DNA of 32,601 bases from Paecilomyces variotii (taxonomy: Eukaryota): assembly GCA_004022145.1 (NCBI GenBank), contig RCNU01000038.1; one strand, 5' to 3'. The notes beneath the pieces are model-generated. The model saw only the letters and a program-made list of their open reading frames with translations, was not told the DNA's origin and did no database searches. Below, one piece after another: positions 1 to 12,200 of the stretch. The number at the start of each line of letters is the position of its first letter. Positions within the stretch are counted from its first letter, which is position 1. Both the position numbers and the translations under genes were made by a program.

Positions 1-3000
1 ATATTATTAAAAGAGTTTTTTTAAATTAAATACTTAAGTTATAGTATATATTTATTATATTACTCTTTATTAAAAATATTCTTAATATTATAATTATAGA
101 TTAAAAAGAAGGATTTTATTAAAATAAAATTAAGAAGAAGTATTAACTATAATATAAGAGAATTAATTATTTTAAACTTAAAAAGATTAAAAACTTATAT
201 AACTTAATTATATTAAAAAAGCCTATTAAAATAATAATAGACTATTAATATATAAAAGGCTAATATTCTTAAACTTATTTATATAGATATATATAATTAA
301 ATATTAAAATCTAAAAATAAATATATTTATTTTTTAATAATTATAAATAATTTTTTAAAAAAAATATAGATATTTCTAATAAAATTAAATCTAATATTAC
401 TCTTATCTTAAATAAATAAAAAAAAGATTAAAATAATAATAGGTCTTTAAATTCTTAATATATAATTAAATAATATATTAAAATTTAAGAATCTTTTTAA
501 GACTTAAAGAAAATAATTTAATATTTATTATAAACTAATAGTTCTATATATATTAATATAAAATAAAGCTATAAAATAAGTATATTAAATTATTAAAAAA
601 GGAATAAAAATTATATTTAAAAATTTAAACCTTTTAATTAAATTATAGGTAAAAATAGCTTAAACTAATATATATATTAGAAATAAAGTATTAAATAAAT
701 TAATAATTAATAAGGTTTAAATATTTTTAAAAAAAAAGCCTTATTAAAATTAAGCTATTAATTAATTATTTAAGAGTATAAAAATATTAAATAGTATTAT
801 ATATAAATCTAAAATCTCTATTATAAGATATATAAAAAAATAAATTAATAAATTAAAATAAGATCTATATTTTTATAAGATATATTAAGAAAATAAATAA
901 ATAATAAAAAGTTTAAGCTTTAAATATAAGAAAGATTATTAAAATTTATTAAGTTACGTTTTTTAAAAATAAATTAAAAAAATTTAAACTTTAAAATTCT
1001 TTAAAAATTATTATTAAATATAATATTAATAAAGAATTCAAGAGATTAATTAATAATCTAGCCTATTATCTTAAGTATATATATACTCTTAAATAAAAAG
1101 AAAAATAATATTAATAATTAGGAGAAGAGCTATAAGAAAGTTTTAGTTTTTTTTTAAAAAAAAAAGAAGTTTTTTATTAAAAAAAAATTAAGATATTTTA
1201 TTATAATAAAATTATAGAATAAGAGAAAATATTTAATTATTCTTACTTTAATAATTTAAATAATTATAAAGACTTATAAATAAATTCTTTATTCTTATTA
1301 AGTAAATAAATTATATCTTATATAGAGATTCTCTATATAATAAAGTATAAGAAGGAGAAGATTAAATTATTAAATAATAAATAAAATACTAAGAAGTTAT
1401 ATTAAGCAATATTTATATTAAACCTTTTATCTCTAGATATTAATATAGACTAGGAGAAATATATAGAATAAGTATTAAATACTATAATAATAGTATATAT
1501 AATAAAAAATATATTTTAATTTTAAACTTATATTATACTATAATTAATAACTCTATTTAAAATAAACTATAGCAGAATATATTTAAAACTAAAATAAATA
1601 TACTTTAAGTAAATAGAATTTTTAAAGTAATTATACTATTATTAGAAGCTAATATTATAATTAATTATTAAGTATTAGTTATAAAATATAATCTAAATAA
1701 TTTTCTTTAAAAACTTAAAGTATACTTTATTACTTAAGAGTTTATTTAGAAATATAATATTAATTTTAAGTATACTTTATTCTTATCTTATAATATAATA
1801 TACTATAAATATTCTTAATTATTATTATAATAAAGAATTATAAATACTATATTATAAATATTAATAATACCTTTATAGAATTAATATTAAAGGAAAAGAT
1901 TTATATAATATCTTTATTAAGAATAAATATACTATTAGAAATAATATTAAAAGTTTTTTAATCTCTATATAGTTTAAAGTAAGCTATAAAAGATTAAAAT
2001 TAAATCTATATAAAAATATTCTAGAAAATAAGTTTTATATAAATTAATATTAATCTATACTTATTATAGTATTTAAAAAAAGAGATTTTATTCTTAATAT
2101 ATATTAATAATATCTTAATTAGTATAAAATAAATAAAGAATATCTATTAGTTTAAATAAGAGTTTAAATTAATATATAAGATAAAAGACTTAAAAAAAAT
2201 AAAAAAAATCCTTAATATTTAAGTTATTTAGAATAGAAAGGATTAAATATTAATAATAAACTAATCTTATTATATTAAAAAACTCTTATTATAATATAGA
2301 ATAAATAAAGAGAAGATATACTTAATTAATATCTTATTAAATAAATATAACTCTTTAAAACTATTTAGCCTTTAAAATAAAAAAAATAAATTAAAGAAAG
2401 TATTAAAAGATTATTAATAGCTTAATCTATTTAATAATCTTAATAAAATTAAATATTATATTTATAATAAGTAGATTAAGTTAATATTTATTAAATCTAT
2501 TTAAAAAGTATTTTAAGATATTAAAATCCCTTATAAGATACTTATAATTAATTATATATCTTAGTTTTAAGTTTAATATAAACTAAACTAGTAACTTATT
2601 AAATATTTAGATTTAAATTATATAATAGATAAGACTAATTAGATATTAATCTTAAAGAATATTTTTACTTTAATTAATAGTTTAATAAGCTAGTTAAATA
2701 AGAAATAAAAGTTTATTACAACTTTAATTATAAAGGCTAAATATATAGCTATATATTAAGCTATAAAATAGTCTTAATAATTAGCTTTTTTTTAAGAGAT
2801 ATAGGATATAGATATTATATTAATCTAAATAAATTTAAGCTAATAATAAGAGAAGAGTAAGCTTTTATTATTAGTTCTCTAGTTAAAATCTATAAAAATA
2901 ACTAAATATTATTATTATTAATTAGAGATATTTATACTTATAAAAGATTAAAATATATTAATATTATATATTATTATATATATAACCTATATTAAAAGAA

Positions 3001-3125
3001 TAAGATTAATATTAAATTTATTAGAATATAAGATATAATAATAAATAGTTTTACTAAATTACTGCTAAAAGTAAACTTTTTAAGATTTTTAAATTAATTA
3101 AGATTAATTAACTTAATAAATTTAG
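1..3125 (+). pseudogene. pol: Copia pol relic (integrase, RVT_2-type reverse transcriptase, RNase H)
   Basis: De-RIP readings: LELIHIDICG..YFL..VDD (~268-355), EPTVPYTP.QNGAAER (~530-582), KLKARLVARGFTQKYGIDF (~1710-1770), SLYGLKQA (~1962-1985), LVYVDDIL (~2094-2117), KHIDIAYHY (~2950-2977), ADGFTKPL (~3040-3065). Many in-frame stops. Confidence 0.88.
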
Positions 3126-3137
3126 ACTAAGAAAAAG

Positions 3138-3408
3138 TATTATAAAATAATAGTTAAGACTAATAAGTTCTAATATAATAAAGATTTTATTTTAAAGAAA
3201 TTTTTAAGAATAATTTTACTTTAATAAAATTAAATAGCTTAAAGAAACTATTTCTTAAGCTTTATTTAAAATCTATTATCTTAATTAAGAATATATATAT
3301 ATATATTTTATATCTATTATATATGCTAATACTCTTTTTTCTTAAATATTATTAGCCCTTTAAGTTAGTTAAATAGTTTAAGAAATTTTATCTAAACTTA
3401 TTCTTTTA
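3138..3408 (+). repeat. Copia-A 3' LTR (~271 bp)
   Basis: Starts TATTATAAAA (RIP of TGT...) directly after the PPT and ends ..TTTTA (RIP of ..CA). Collinear with 30691-30962. Confidence 0.88.
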
Positions 3409-3569
3409 ACTATATATATAATTTTAATAATATATATTTTATATGCTTTTATTCTAATAATTTTAAAATACTTAATTATTAAGAAATCTTATTTTAAAAA
3501 AAGGCTATTTTATATATAATATAATATTAATCTGCTTAAGCGAGTAATTTAGTTAATAAAGAATTATAT
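3409..3569 (-). mobile_element. Fot1/pogo-type TIR element end (partial copy of the 5561-5998 family), interrupted by Copia-A
   Basis: Its reverse complement aligns with 5561-~5720. It ends in the TIR ..AAGCGAGTAATTTAGTTAATAAAGAATTATAT followed by TA (3570-3571). Confidence 0.75.
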
Positions 3570-3571
3570 TA

Positions 3572-4560
3572 ATAGCTAAAGATTTTTAAGCAATTAGTTA
3601 AGTAAATTCTTTAAGCTTAGATATAGTATTAAGAAAATCTTAAAGTATTTATATTATTAAGAGAAGTAAAGATAAATTGCAGATAATTATTTTATAAAAG
3701 AGGTTATATAGTATAATAAGAACTAATTAAATTTCTCTATAAATATATTATAATATTTATTAGGAGAATAAATATAGTATAAATTATAGCTATTACTTAA
3801 CTAGTTATAATTAATATTTAAAATATTTATATATTAGTAGGTTTATATAATATTAAATACTTATTTTACTAATATATAATCTAAGAATAGCTTTATATTA
3901 AAGCTTATTTTTAAAGGCATTAAAATTTTAATCTACTTATATAGAGTTATAATATAATATACTGTATTATATATAGAATCTATATATAAATATAAAGTCC
4001 GGCTTTAATTATAAAGTAAAGCTTTAAAGTATTTTTTAATTTATACTCTTTTAAATAAGGTATAATTATTTACTTTATCTTTAAATAATCTTATATAAAA
4101 TAGTATTATTTTATTAGAAATAATAATACTTTAGTATTTAAATTTAGTCTTTTTTATTACTAGAGTAAAAGAAATATTAATTCTAATTAAATTAATATAT
4201 AGGTTAAAAAGTTCTATTAATAAACTCCTAGATATCTTTTATACTATTAATTATTTTAAAAGTATATATATAATTTATATATAATTATAAGTTAAAAGTA
4301 AATACTAAGAGATAATATCTTTAAACTATCTATAAATATATTATAGCATATTATTAAAAACTAATAAAATCTATAATTTTAAATATTTAAAAAATAATTT
4401 ATAATCTATATCTCTATAAGGTTAAAATAGATAAATAAGTAGAATATTAAATACTATCTCTAAAAAGAGATTAATATAATTCCTTTAAATAATTATAAGT
4501 TTAAGATAAAGAAAAATAGCTTAAATTTTATTCTTATTAAATCTTCTATATAATTAAGAT
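3572..4560 (+). pseudogene. Probable piggyBac-like transposase relic
   Basis: De-RIP fragments occur in the expected order: L.KFFGL...YW (~3600-3660), KLQPLLDQL..F (~3780-3820), KPIPEGIKI (3901-3927), HLYT.NYF (~4234-4257), KW.DK..V (~4428-4452). The reading needs frameshifts, and no TTAA-flanked ends were found. Confidence 0.5.
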
Positions 4561-4599
4561 AAGATTTTATATAGCCTGCTAATTTAAAAAAACTAATTA

Positions 4600-5085
4600 A
4601 AGCTACTATATAATAATAATATTAGATAAAGTTGCTAAATTAAATTATAAAAATATATAATAAGAAGTTACTAATAATACGCTCTTAAGATATATTTAAT
4701 ATTAAAAAATATATATAAGTATTAGAATAAATAATATAAGCGTATAATTTATTAAATTCTAGTATATTAATAGTTTAAATAGTATATTTAATACTAGTAT
4801 TATTACTTAGAGAAGTAATTACTTAAAGCTATTATTTTACTAAATAATATTATATTTAAATTATTAAATCTTAAAGTTATATATTATCTTAATTAAGTAT
4901 TTTACTAGCAAATTTTTATATTATAGTACTACTATAGGGCAATTATTAAAATTCTCTAATAAAGGCTAAAAGATAAATAAAAGTTTAAGCTATATAAAGT
5001 AATGCTTATATTAAATCTTCTAGCCTTAAGTATTAATATAGACTTAAGGAAATATATAAAATAAGTATTAAATGCTATAATAGCA

Positions 5086-5116
<31 letters not shown>

Positions 5117-5328
5117 TATTTTAATCTTAAACTTATATTATACTATAATTAATAACCTTACTTAAGATAAACTATAGTAAAGTATATTTAAGGCTAAAAT
5201 AAATATACTTTAAGTAAATAGTACTTTTAAAATAATTATATTATTATTAAAAGCTAATATTATAATTAGCTATTAAGTATTAATTATAAAATATAATTTA
5301 AATAGCTTTCTTTAAAAGCTTAAAGTAT
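4600..5328 (+). pseudogene. Fragment of a Copia-A-related element (IN-RT linker and RT N-terminus)
   Basis: ~5005-5328 aligns with ~1413-1723, including ANIV..W.L.IKY....LQKLK. Sequence upstream of ~5005 does not match Copia-A, so the left boundary is a guess. Confidence 0.7.
5087..5110. repeat. (TA)12 microsatellite
   Basis: Read directly. The homologous site at ~1494-1501 has only a short TA run. Confidence 0.95.
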
Positions 5329-5560
5329 AAAGTAGCGTATTAAAAATCTTACTAGATTATTAGTACTAGTGTTATATTCTAATTATAACTTCTAGTTCGT
5401 TTTATTTACTATATTATTAATAGTTACTTTTAACTGCTATTTCTAATATTTTTATTAAATATAAAGCTATTTAGATTAATATTCTATATCTTAAACTTTC
5501 TTGATTACTCTAAAGTCTATATAAATATTATTGCTAATAATTACTATATTAGTAGTTATA

Positions 5561-5998
5561 ATATAATTTCTAACTAATTAAATTACCCGCTTAAATAAAT
5601 TAATACTATATTATATATAAGATAGCCCTTTTTTTAAATTAAAATATCTTAATAATTAAGTATTTAAAGATTATTAAAATAAATATATATAAAATATATA
5701 TTATTAAAATTATATATATTTAATTTTATTTACTTAAGTCTTATTATTTTTTAAATATTTTAAGTAAAATATAATTATAAAAATTATAATAGTAATTTAT
5801 ATTACTTAAATAATAAGTAATTTTTAAAGCTTAAAATTTTAATTTATAAAAGTCTATTATTATAGAAAGTAATATATTAAATATTATATATATTAAATAT
5901 ATAGTTATTAAGAAATCTTAATCTTAAATAATATTATTTTATATATTATATATTACTAATTTATTTAAGCGAGTAATTTAATTAATAGAGAATTATAT
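5561..5998. mobile_element. 438-bp Fot1/pogo-type (Tc1/mariner superfamily) MITE with ~43-bp TIRs and TA target duplication
   Basis: Left end: TA|ATATAATTTCTAACTAATTAAATTACCCGCTTAAATAAATT. Right end reverse-complemented: TA|ATATAATTCTCTATTAATTAAATTACTCGCTTAAATAAATT. ATAT is the RIP product of the ACGT start typical of Fot1-like TIRs, and the TIR contains an internal direct repeat (TAAATTA twice). Confidence 0.78.
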
Positions 5999-6420
5999 TA
6001 CTAGTAATTATACTAGTAATACTATATTAAAATATTTATTTATTAAATTACCGCTTAAATATAAGCTTTTATTTTATTTTTAATAAGTATTAATTTTAAA
6101 AATATTTATAAGTATATAGGAGTCTCTTCTATTAAGTAAAGAAATATTTAGAAGTAAACTATTTAATATAATTATTAACTAGAGGAAAATTCTCTTATTA
6201 AAGATAAATATATAATTAATATCTCTTATTTTAAATAATTTAAAGTTATTATAAAGAAGATTAAAAAAGCTATTATAGATTTAATTTAAAAAGATTAAGC
6301 TAAATATAAGAAATTTACTAAAGTTCTTATATATAAAACTAATATTTTCTATATATTTACTTATTAAATTTTTCGCGAGTATAGATTTTTAAAATATAAA
6401 CTTATATAAAAACTTAATCT

Positions 6421-9228
6421 TATTAATAAGGTAAAGCGCTATAAATTAGAATTTATATATAAGTATAAATACTAAATACTTAAAGATTAGAAAAATATTA
6501 TATAAAGTAATAAAATATCTATTATTTATTATACTTAAGCAGATTAAATTAAATTTATTAAAGCTTTAATCTAGTAAAGTAGTATAATAGAGAACTTTAA
6601 GCTAAAAAGAGAAAAGAAAAAGAATTTAAGAAAGAAATCCTAATTCTTTTATTTATAAGATTCTTTATTTTTTAACTGTTTTTAAATAATATAAGTAATT
6701 AAGGATTTTACCGGCAAATCTCTTATTTTATCTTTTTATTAAGTTAGCGCTATAATAGCGCTATAATATTACCCTTTTATTTAGGCTAATTTATCCCTAA
6801 ATTAGCGAGATAATTATTATTCTTTTCTTCCTCTAAATTAATATCTTTATTAATATAGTTAATCTAATAGTTTAAATTTATTAGCAGCTTAAGTTTATTA
6901 AAGAATTTATTATAAAACTCCTAAAGCTTTAATAGTAAATTTTTAAAATTTTTAATAAAATACTATATTAAATCTTTATTATAATTCTTTTAAATAGCCT
7001 TATATTAAAGATATTTATATTTAGTTTAAATAGCTAAGATTCTATTAACTTTCTATTTTAATTTACCTTAAATCTTAATTAGTAAAAGCTCTTTATAGAC
7101 TTAATATAAAATAAGATTATCTAGTATTTATTAAAGGCGATTTAAAAAAATATTAAGTAAATCTTTATAATATTAAGAAGTTTTAGCTTTTAAATATTCT
7201 TTATCTTTTTAAAGATTTTAAAGAGGCCCTCTATTTAATTATTAAGCTTTTATAAAAGTTAATTAGAAATTTAATTTATAGGTTTAATAAAAATCTTATT
7301 ATTAATATTAAAGTTAATCTCTTAATAGTATTTATTAGCTTATCCCTTTATTATTTCTAGGCTTTCTTAATAAAGGCTTTTATTATCTTCTAGATTTATT
7401 AAAGCCTATATATCTATTATTATACTTTAGTTTAATTAGCCTTTTTAAATATTAAAGTAAACTATAGTATTAAGCGTTAATTAAATAAAATATAGGGCTT
7501 ATATCTATATTTAACTATAAATAGAGATATCTCTATAAATTTATAGGTTAATACTATTATTATAAAATTAATTATTAGGAGATAATTTAATTAATTATTT
7601 TAATAATAGCTAATATAAGACTATAATCTTTAAGCTATATATTAGTTTAAAACCTCTATCTATATATTTATTTAAGAATATATAGTTAAAAAGAGCTTTA
7701 ATTTTATTCCTAGTAGTAAATAGAATTTATTCTAGAAATTTAAAATAAATTATAATCTTTAATTAGAAATTATTATATTAAAAGCGCTCTTATAATAGTA
7801 TATATATTTAAGAAAGATCTTAGCTATAGTTTATACTATAGCTATATTATAATAAAGAATAGAGATAAAACGCTTATTAAAACAGTTAACTATAATAAAT
7901 ATTATATTATAATTATACTTATTCTTTAAGAAAGATTAAAAATTTATAAAAATATATTACTATAATTATATAAAGATAAATAATAATTAAAGTAATTTTA
8001 ATAAAGAGTCTTAGAGATTTTTAGTTTAATAGCAGATTAAATAATTATTAATATATTAATTATTAAAACTAATTATTTAAGGCTAATAATAGCGAGACTT
8101 TATTAATTAAATATATCTTTATTATATCTTTTAGTATTTAGAATAAATAATAAAAACTTAATAATAAACTTTATCTAAGAGATATATTTATAAATCTCCT
8201 TAATTAAAGATAATTAATTATTTATTATATAATAAGAGCCTATTTACTAATTAATATATAGAGCTTTTTTAACTTATATCTTTATAGAATAATACTAGTT
8301 TAATATTCTTATAGTTTTCCCTAAGAATCTTATTTATTAAGATAAACTCTCTAGCTAATATTAAAGCTAAAAAGGTTTTTTATTTTACTAATTCTTTTTA
8401 AATTTATATATTTAAGACTTTAAGCCTTAATAAGTATTAAATCTAGTATTAGTTTATTATTCTTTCTATTAAGAAATATCTCCTTCTTATTATAATAAGA
8501 TATCGGCTAAAGTATTTAATTTCTTAAAATAATATTAGATTAAGAAATAATAATAAAATAGAAACTTTACTTATTAAGCCTATTTTAAATTTAATATATT
8601 AATAATTATAAAATATTTAAGAGTATAATAATCTATTAAGATATTAAATAGTTGGGCCTACACCTCGGCCCAGCCGGGGGCGAGCTCAGCCCACCCGAGT
8701 ATTTTTACTATTTTTTAAATGGGCCGAGCTTTTAAACTAAAAACTTCAAAAATTTATTAAAAGTCGAAACCTAAAGATATTTCACTTGAAATTAAATATT
8801 TATATAGGTTATAACCTATATCTTATATATATAAAAAAAGAAAAATTAAATATTTAAAAATCGATTTTTAAGAATTAAAAAACCAAGAAAGATTTGTAAT
8901 TTTCGAATTTCTATGTGTAATTTACTAACTCTTGCCCTAGCGTACCCAATTAAAATCCTAAAATCCTACTTTTAATATATAATGTAGACTAAAATATAAA
9001 TTATTTTATAATATTTTTTATATATTTCTACTATGCCTAAATAGGCTAGGAAAAATTAAAGTTTCTTGGGGTGCGCTGAGATCCCAAATACTTGGGTAGT
9101 ATAAGCTTTTAGGGTGGGCTGAGCTCGTCCCCGGCTGGGCTGAGCTATATCCTGTAAATAGTTTATTTATCTATAACTCTATAAGCTCTATATATTATTT
9201 CTTAAGAGCTTATATAATTACTAATATT
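6421..9228 (-). mobile_element. Ty3/Gypsy chromovirus family C, 3' part (RNase H end, integrase, chromodomain, PPT, 3' LTR), interrupted by MITE-1
   Basis: Minus-strand de-RIP readings: MLAIIQALKEWR (~9227-9192), TDHRALEYF..LNSRQARWAEFLS..YRPGK.N..AD (~8637-8502), RYYWP..C..C and WQHISMDF..VVDRFSK (~8095-7873), chromodomain EWEVDRILAV..W.GYD.DP.WY (~7062-6960). The PPT AAAAGGGTAA is followed by the LTR start at 6768. The left LTR boundary (6421) is tentative. Confidence 0.88.
8654..9154 (+). mobile_element. MITE-1: 501-bp non-autonomous Mutator-like element
   Basis: GC-rich ~43-bp TIRs (GGGCCTACACCTCGGCCCAGCCGGGGGCGAGCTCAGCCCACCC / GGGTGGGCTGAGCTCGTCCCCGGCTGGGCTGAGCTATATCCTG). Perfect 9-bp TSD TAAATAGTT (8645-8653, 9155-9163). 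A second copy lies at 23269. Confidence 0.95.
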
Positions 9229-12200
9229 ATTAGAAAAGGTATTAAAACTTATTATAAAGTCTTTAAGCATATAATATTTATTCTATATATTTTTTCTAGT
9301 CTGTATTAATATCTAGAGATAGGAGATTTAATATAAGTATTATTTAATATAACTTCTTAATATTTTATTTATTATTTAATAATTTAATTTTTTTTCTTTT
9401 ATATTTTATTATATAGGGGATTTTTATTAGCTAAGAGATCTTTATATAAGATATAACTTATTTACTTAATTAAAATAAAGAGTTTATCTATAAGTTCTTA
9501 TAATTATTTAAGTTATTAAAATAAAAATAATTAAATATTTTTTTTATTCCTTAATTTTATTATAATAAAATATTTTAATTTTTTTTAATAAAAAACTTTA
9601 TTTTTTTTAAAGAAAAGCTAAAACTTTTTTATAACTCTTCTCTTAATTATTAATATTATTTTTTTTATTTAAAAATATATATATACTTAAGATAATAGGC
9701 TAGATTATTAATTAATCTCTTAAATTCTTTATTAATATTATATTTAATAATAATTTTTAAAGAATTTTAAAGTTTAAATTTTTTTTAATTTATTTTTAAA
9801 AAATGTAACTTAATAAATTTTAATAATCTTTCTTATATTTAAAGCTTAAACTTTTTATTATTTATTTATTTTCTTAATATATCTTATAAAAATATAGATC
9901 TTATTTTAATTTATTAATTTATTTTTTATATATCTTATAATAGAGATTTTAGATTTATATATAATACTATTTAATATTTTTATACTCTTAAATAATTAAT
10001 TAATAGCTTAATTTTAATAAAGGCTTTTTTTTTAAAAATATTTAAACCTTATTAATTATTAATTTATTTAATACTTTATTTCTAATATATATATTAGTTT
10101 AAGCTATTTTTATCTATAATTTAACTAGAAGATTTAAATCTTTAAGTATAGCTCTTATTCTTTTTTTAATAGTTTAATATATTTATTTTATAACTTTATT
10201 CTATATTAATATATATAAAACTATTAGTTTATAATAAGTATTAAACTATTTTTTTTAAGTCTTAAAAAGATTCTGAAGTTTTAATATATTATTTAATTAT
10301 ATACTAAGAATTTAAAGACTTATTATTATCTTAATCTCTTTTTTTTATTTATTTAAAATAGGGGTAATATTAGATTTAGCTTTTATTAGAAATATCTATA
10401 TTTTTTTAAGAAATTATCTATAACTATTAAGAAATAAATATATTTATTCTTAAACTCTAGCATTTAACTATATATATCTATATAAATAAGTTTAAGAATA
10501 TTAGCCTTTTATATATTAATAGTCCCTTTTTTATTTCTAATATTAGCTATAATATATATTATATATTAATAGTCTATTATTATTTTAATAGGCTTCTTTA
10601 ATATAATTAAGTTATATAAGTTTTTAACTTTTTTAAGTTTAAGATAGTTAATTCTTTTATACTATAGTTAATACTCTTTTTTAATTTTATTTTAATAAAA
10701 TCTTTCTTTTTAATTTATAATTATAATATTAAAAATATCTTTAATAGGGAGTAATATAATAAGTATATATTATAACTTAAGTATTTAATCTAAGAAAATT
10801 CTCTTAATAATATAAATTCTATATTTAATAATACTTTAAATTATAATCTTATTTAACTTATTTAATATAGATATTATTTTTTTATTAAAATATCTATATA
10901 TATTTAATTATTAGTAAAATATCTTAGTTAATAAAAGATTTATTCTAAGGTTTAATATAAACAATATATTTTCTAAGTTTAATATCTTCTTATTCTTATC
11001 CCTTAAAATAGCTATTTTTATATATTTTAAATGCAGAGTCTCTTTATTTATATAAATATATCTTTATTAAATTTAAATTAATAGTTCTTTAAAGTAATAG
11101 TTTTTATTAATTATATATAAACTAATATTATTATCTATATATTATTAGGTTAAATTCTTATTAGTAATATCTTTTAAAAGATAAGTAATTTTATATAAGA
11201 CTTAGTTATTAAAAATAACTAAGACTAAGGATTTTAATTAAAATTAGCTCTTTTTAATATTTAAAGTTTTTTCTATATTATATATTCTATATTTCTTATC
11301 TTTTAATCTCTTATTCTTTAAAGATTAAACCTTTTTATAAATTTTATTAATTATCTTTATTATTATCTTATCTTAGATAATAAGATTATTAAATATTTAT
11401 TTAAAAGATTCTTTTTCTATCTTTAATTATTTCTTATACTTCTCTAAATAATAAATAGAAATAAATAATCTTTAATATAATAATCTTCTTTATAAATATA
11501 GTATTTAATAAAGATTTACTTATTTTTTATTAAGAATATAATAGTTAGTTTTACTTAAAATTAAGTCTTTATTTCTTTTAAAATAGCTAGAATATTATTT
11601 ATCTTTAAATTTTTATATATATTAATTACTACTTTAATTATAATATATTTTTTAAGCAATATTAAAAGTAATTATTATATTTTAGTCTTAAGCTTAGCTA
11701 AAGAAGATATTATATTATTAAATACTATAATTCTCTTTCTTATTTATTATAATTAACTTTAAATATTTAAAATTATTTATTTAAAAGTTATTTAAAAATA
11801 TATAAATAATTAGATAAATTAGCACTTTTAATTAAGAAGAGTTTCTATATATTTTACTTATAAAGCCTTCTATAATATATATATATTATTAAAGTTAATA
11901 AATCTATCTTAATTATCTTTAGATAAATATTTAGTAATCTAGTACTAAATAGCTATATTAGCCTTATTAAACTAATTATTATATAATTTTTTAATAAATT
12001 TAATAGCTTTCTAGTAATCTTTATTAATAAGCTATTTTTTTATATAAATAAATTATTTCTTATAGTTTTTCTTTAAAAGAGTAAAAATAAGTTTTTCTTT
12101 CTTATTTTTAATATTATTTATTAAGAATATAATAATAATAAGTTAATACTTTAACCTTTAATAAGATTTAATCTTTATTAGATTTAATACCTAATATAAT

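Larger units (their letters stand above)
1..3408 (+). mobile_element. Ty1/Copia LTR retrotransposon family A, 3' part (integrase, RT, RNase H, PPT, 3' LTR), RIP-inactivated
   Basis: De-RIP motifs occur in Copia order IN-RT-RH. A purine tract (AAGAAAAAG) precedes an LTR at 3138 that matches the LTRs at 30691 and 12342-19598. Bases 1-~1480 align with the reverse complement of ~9266-10812. Confidence 0.92.

Noticed and set aside
5330-6420. Small host or effector gene between TEs (5330-5558, 6060-6420)
   Set aside because: These stretches are as RIP-saturated as the TEs and show no ORF or motif I can support, so they are left unassigned.
1-10812. Giant inverted repeat (1-1480 vs 9266-10812) as TIRs of one large element
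   Set aside because: Both arms are internal Copia-A integrase sequence from independently inserted, oppositely oriented copies.
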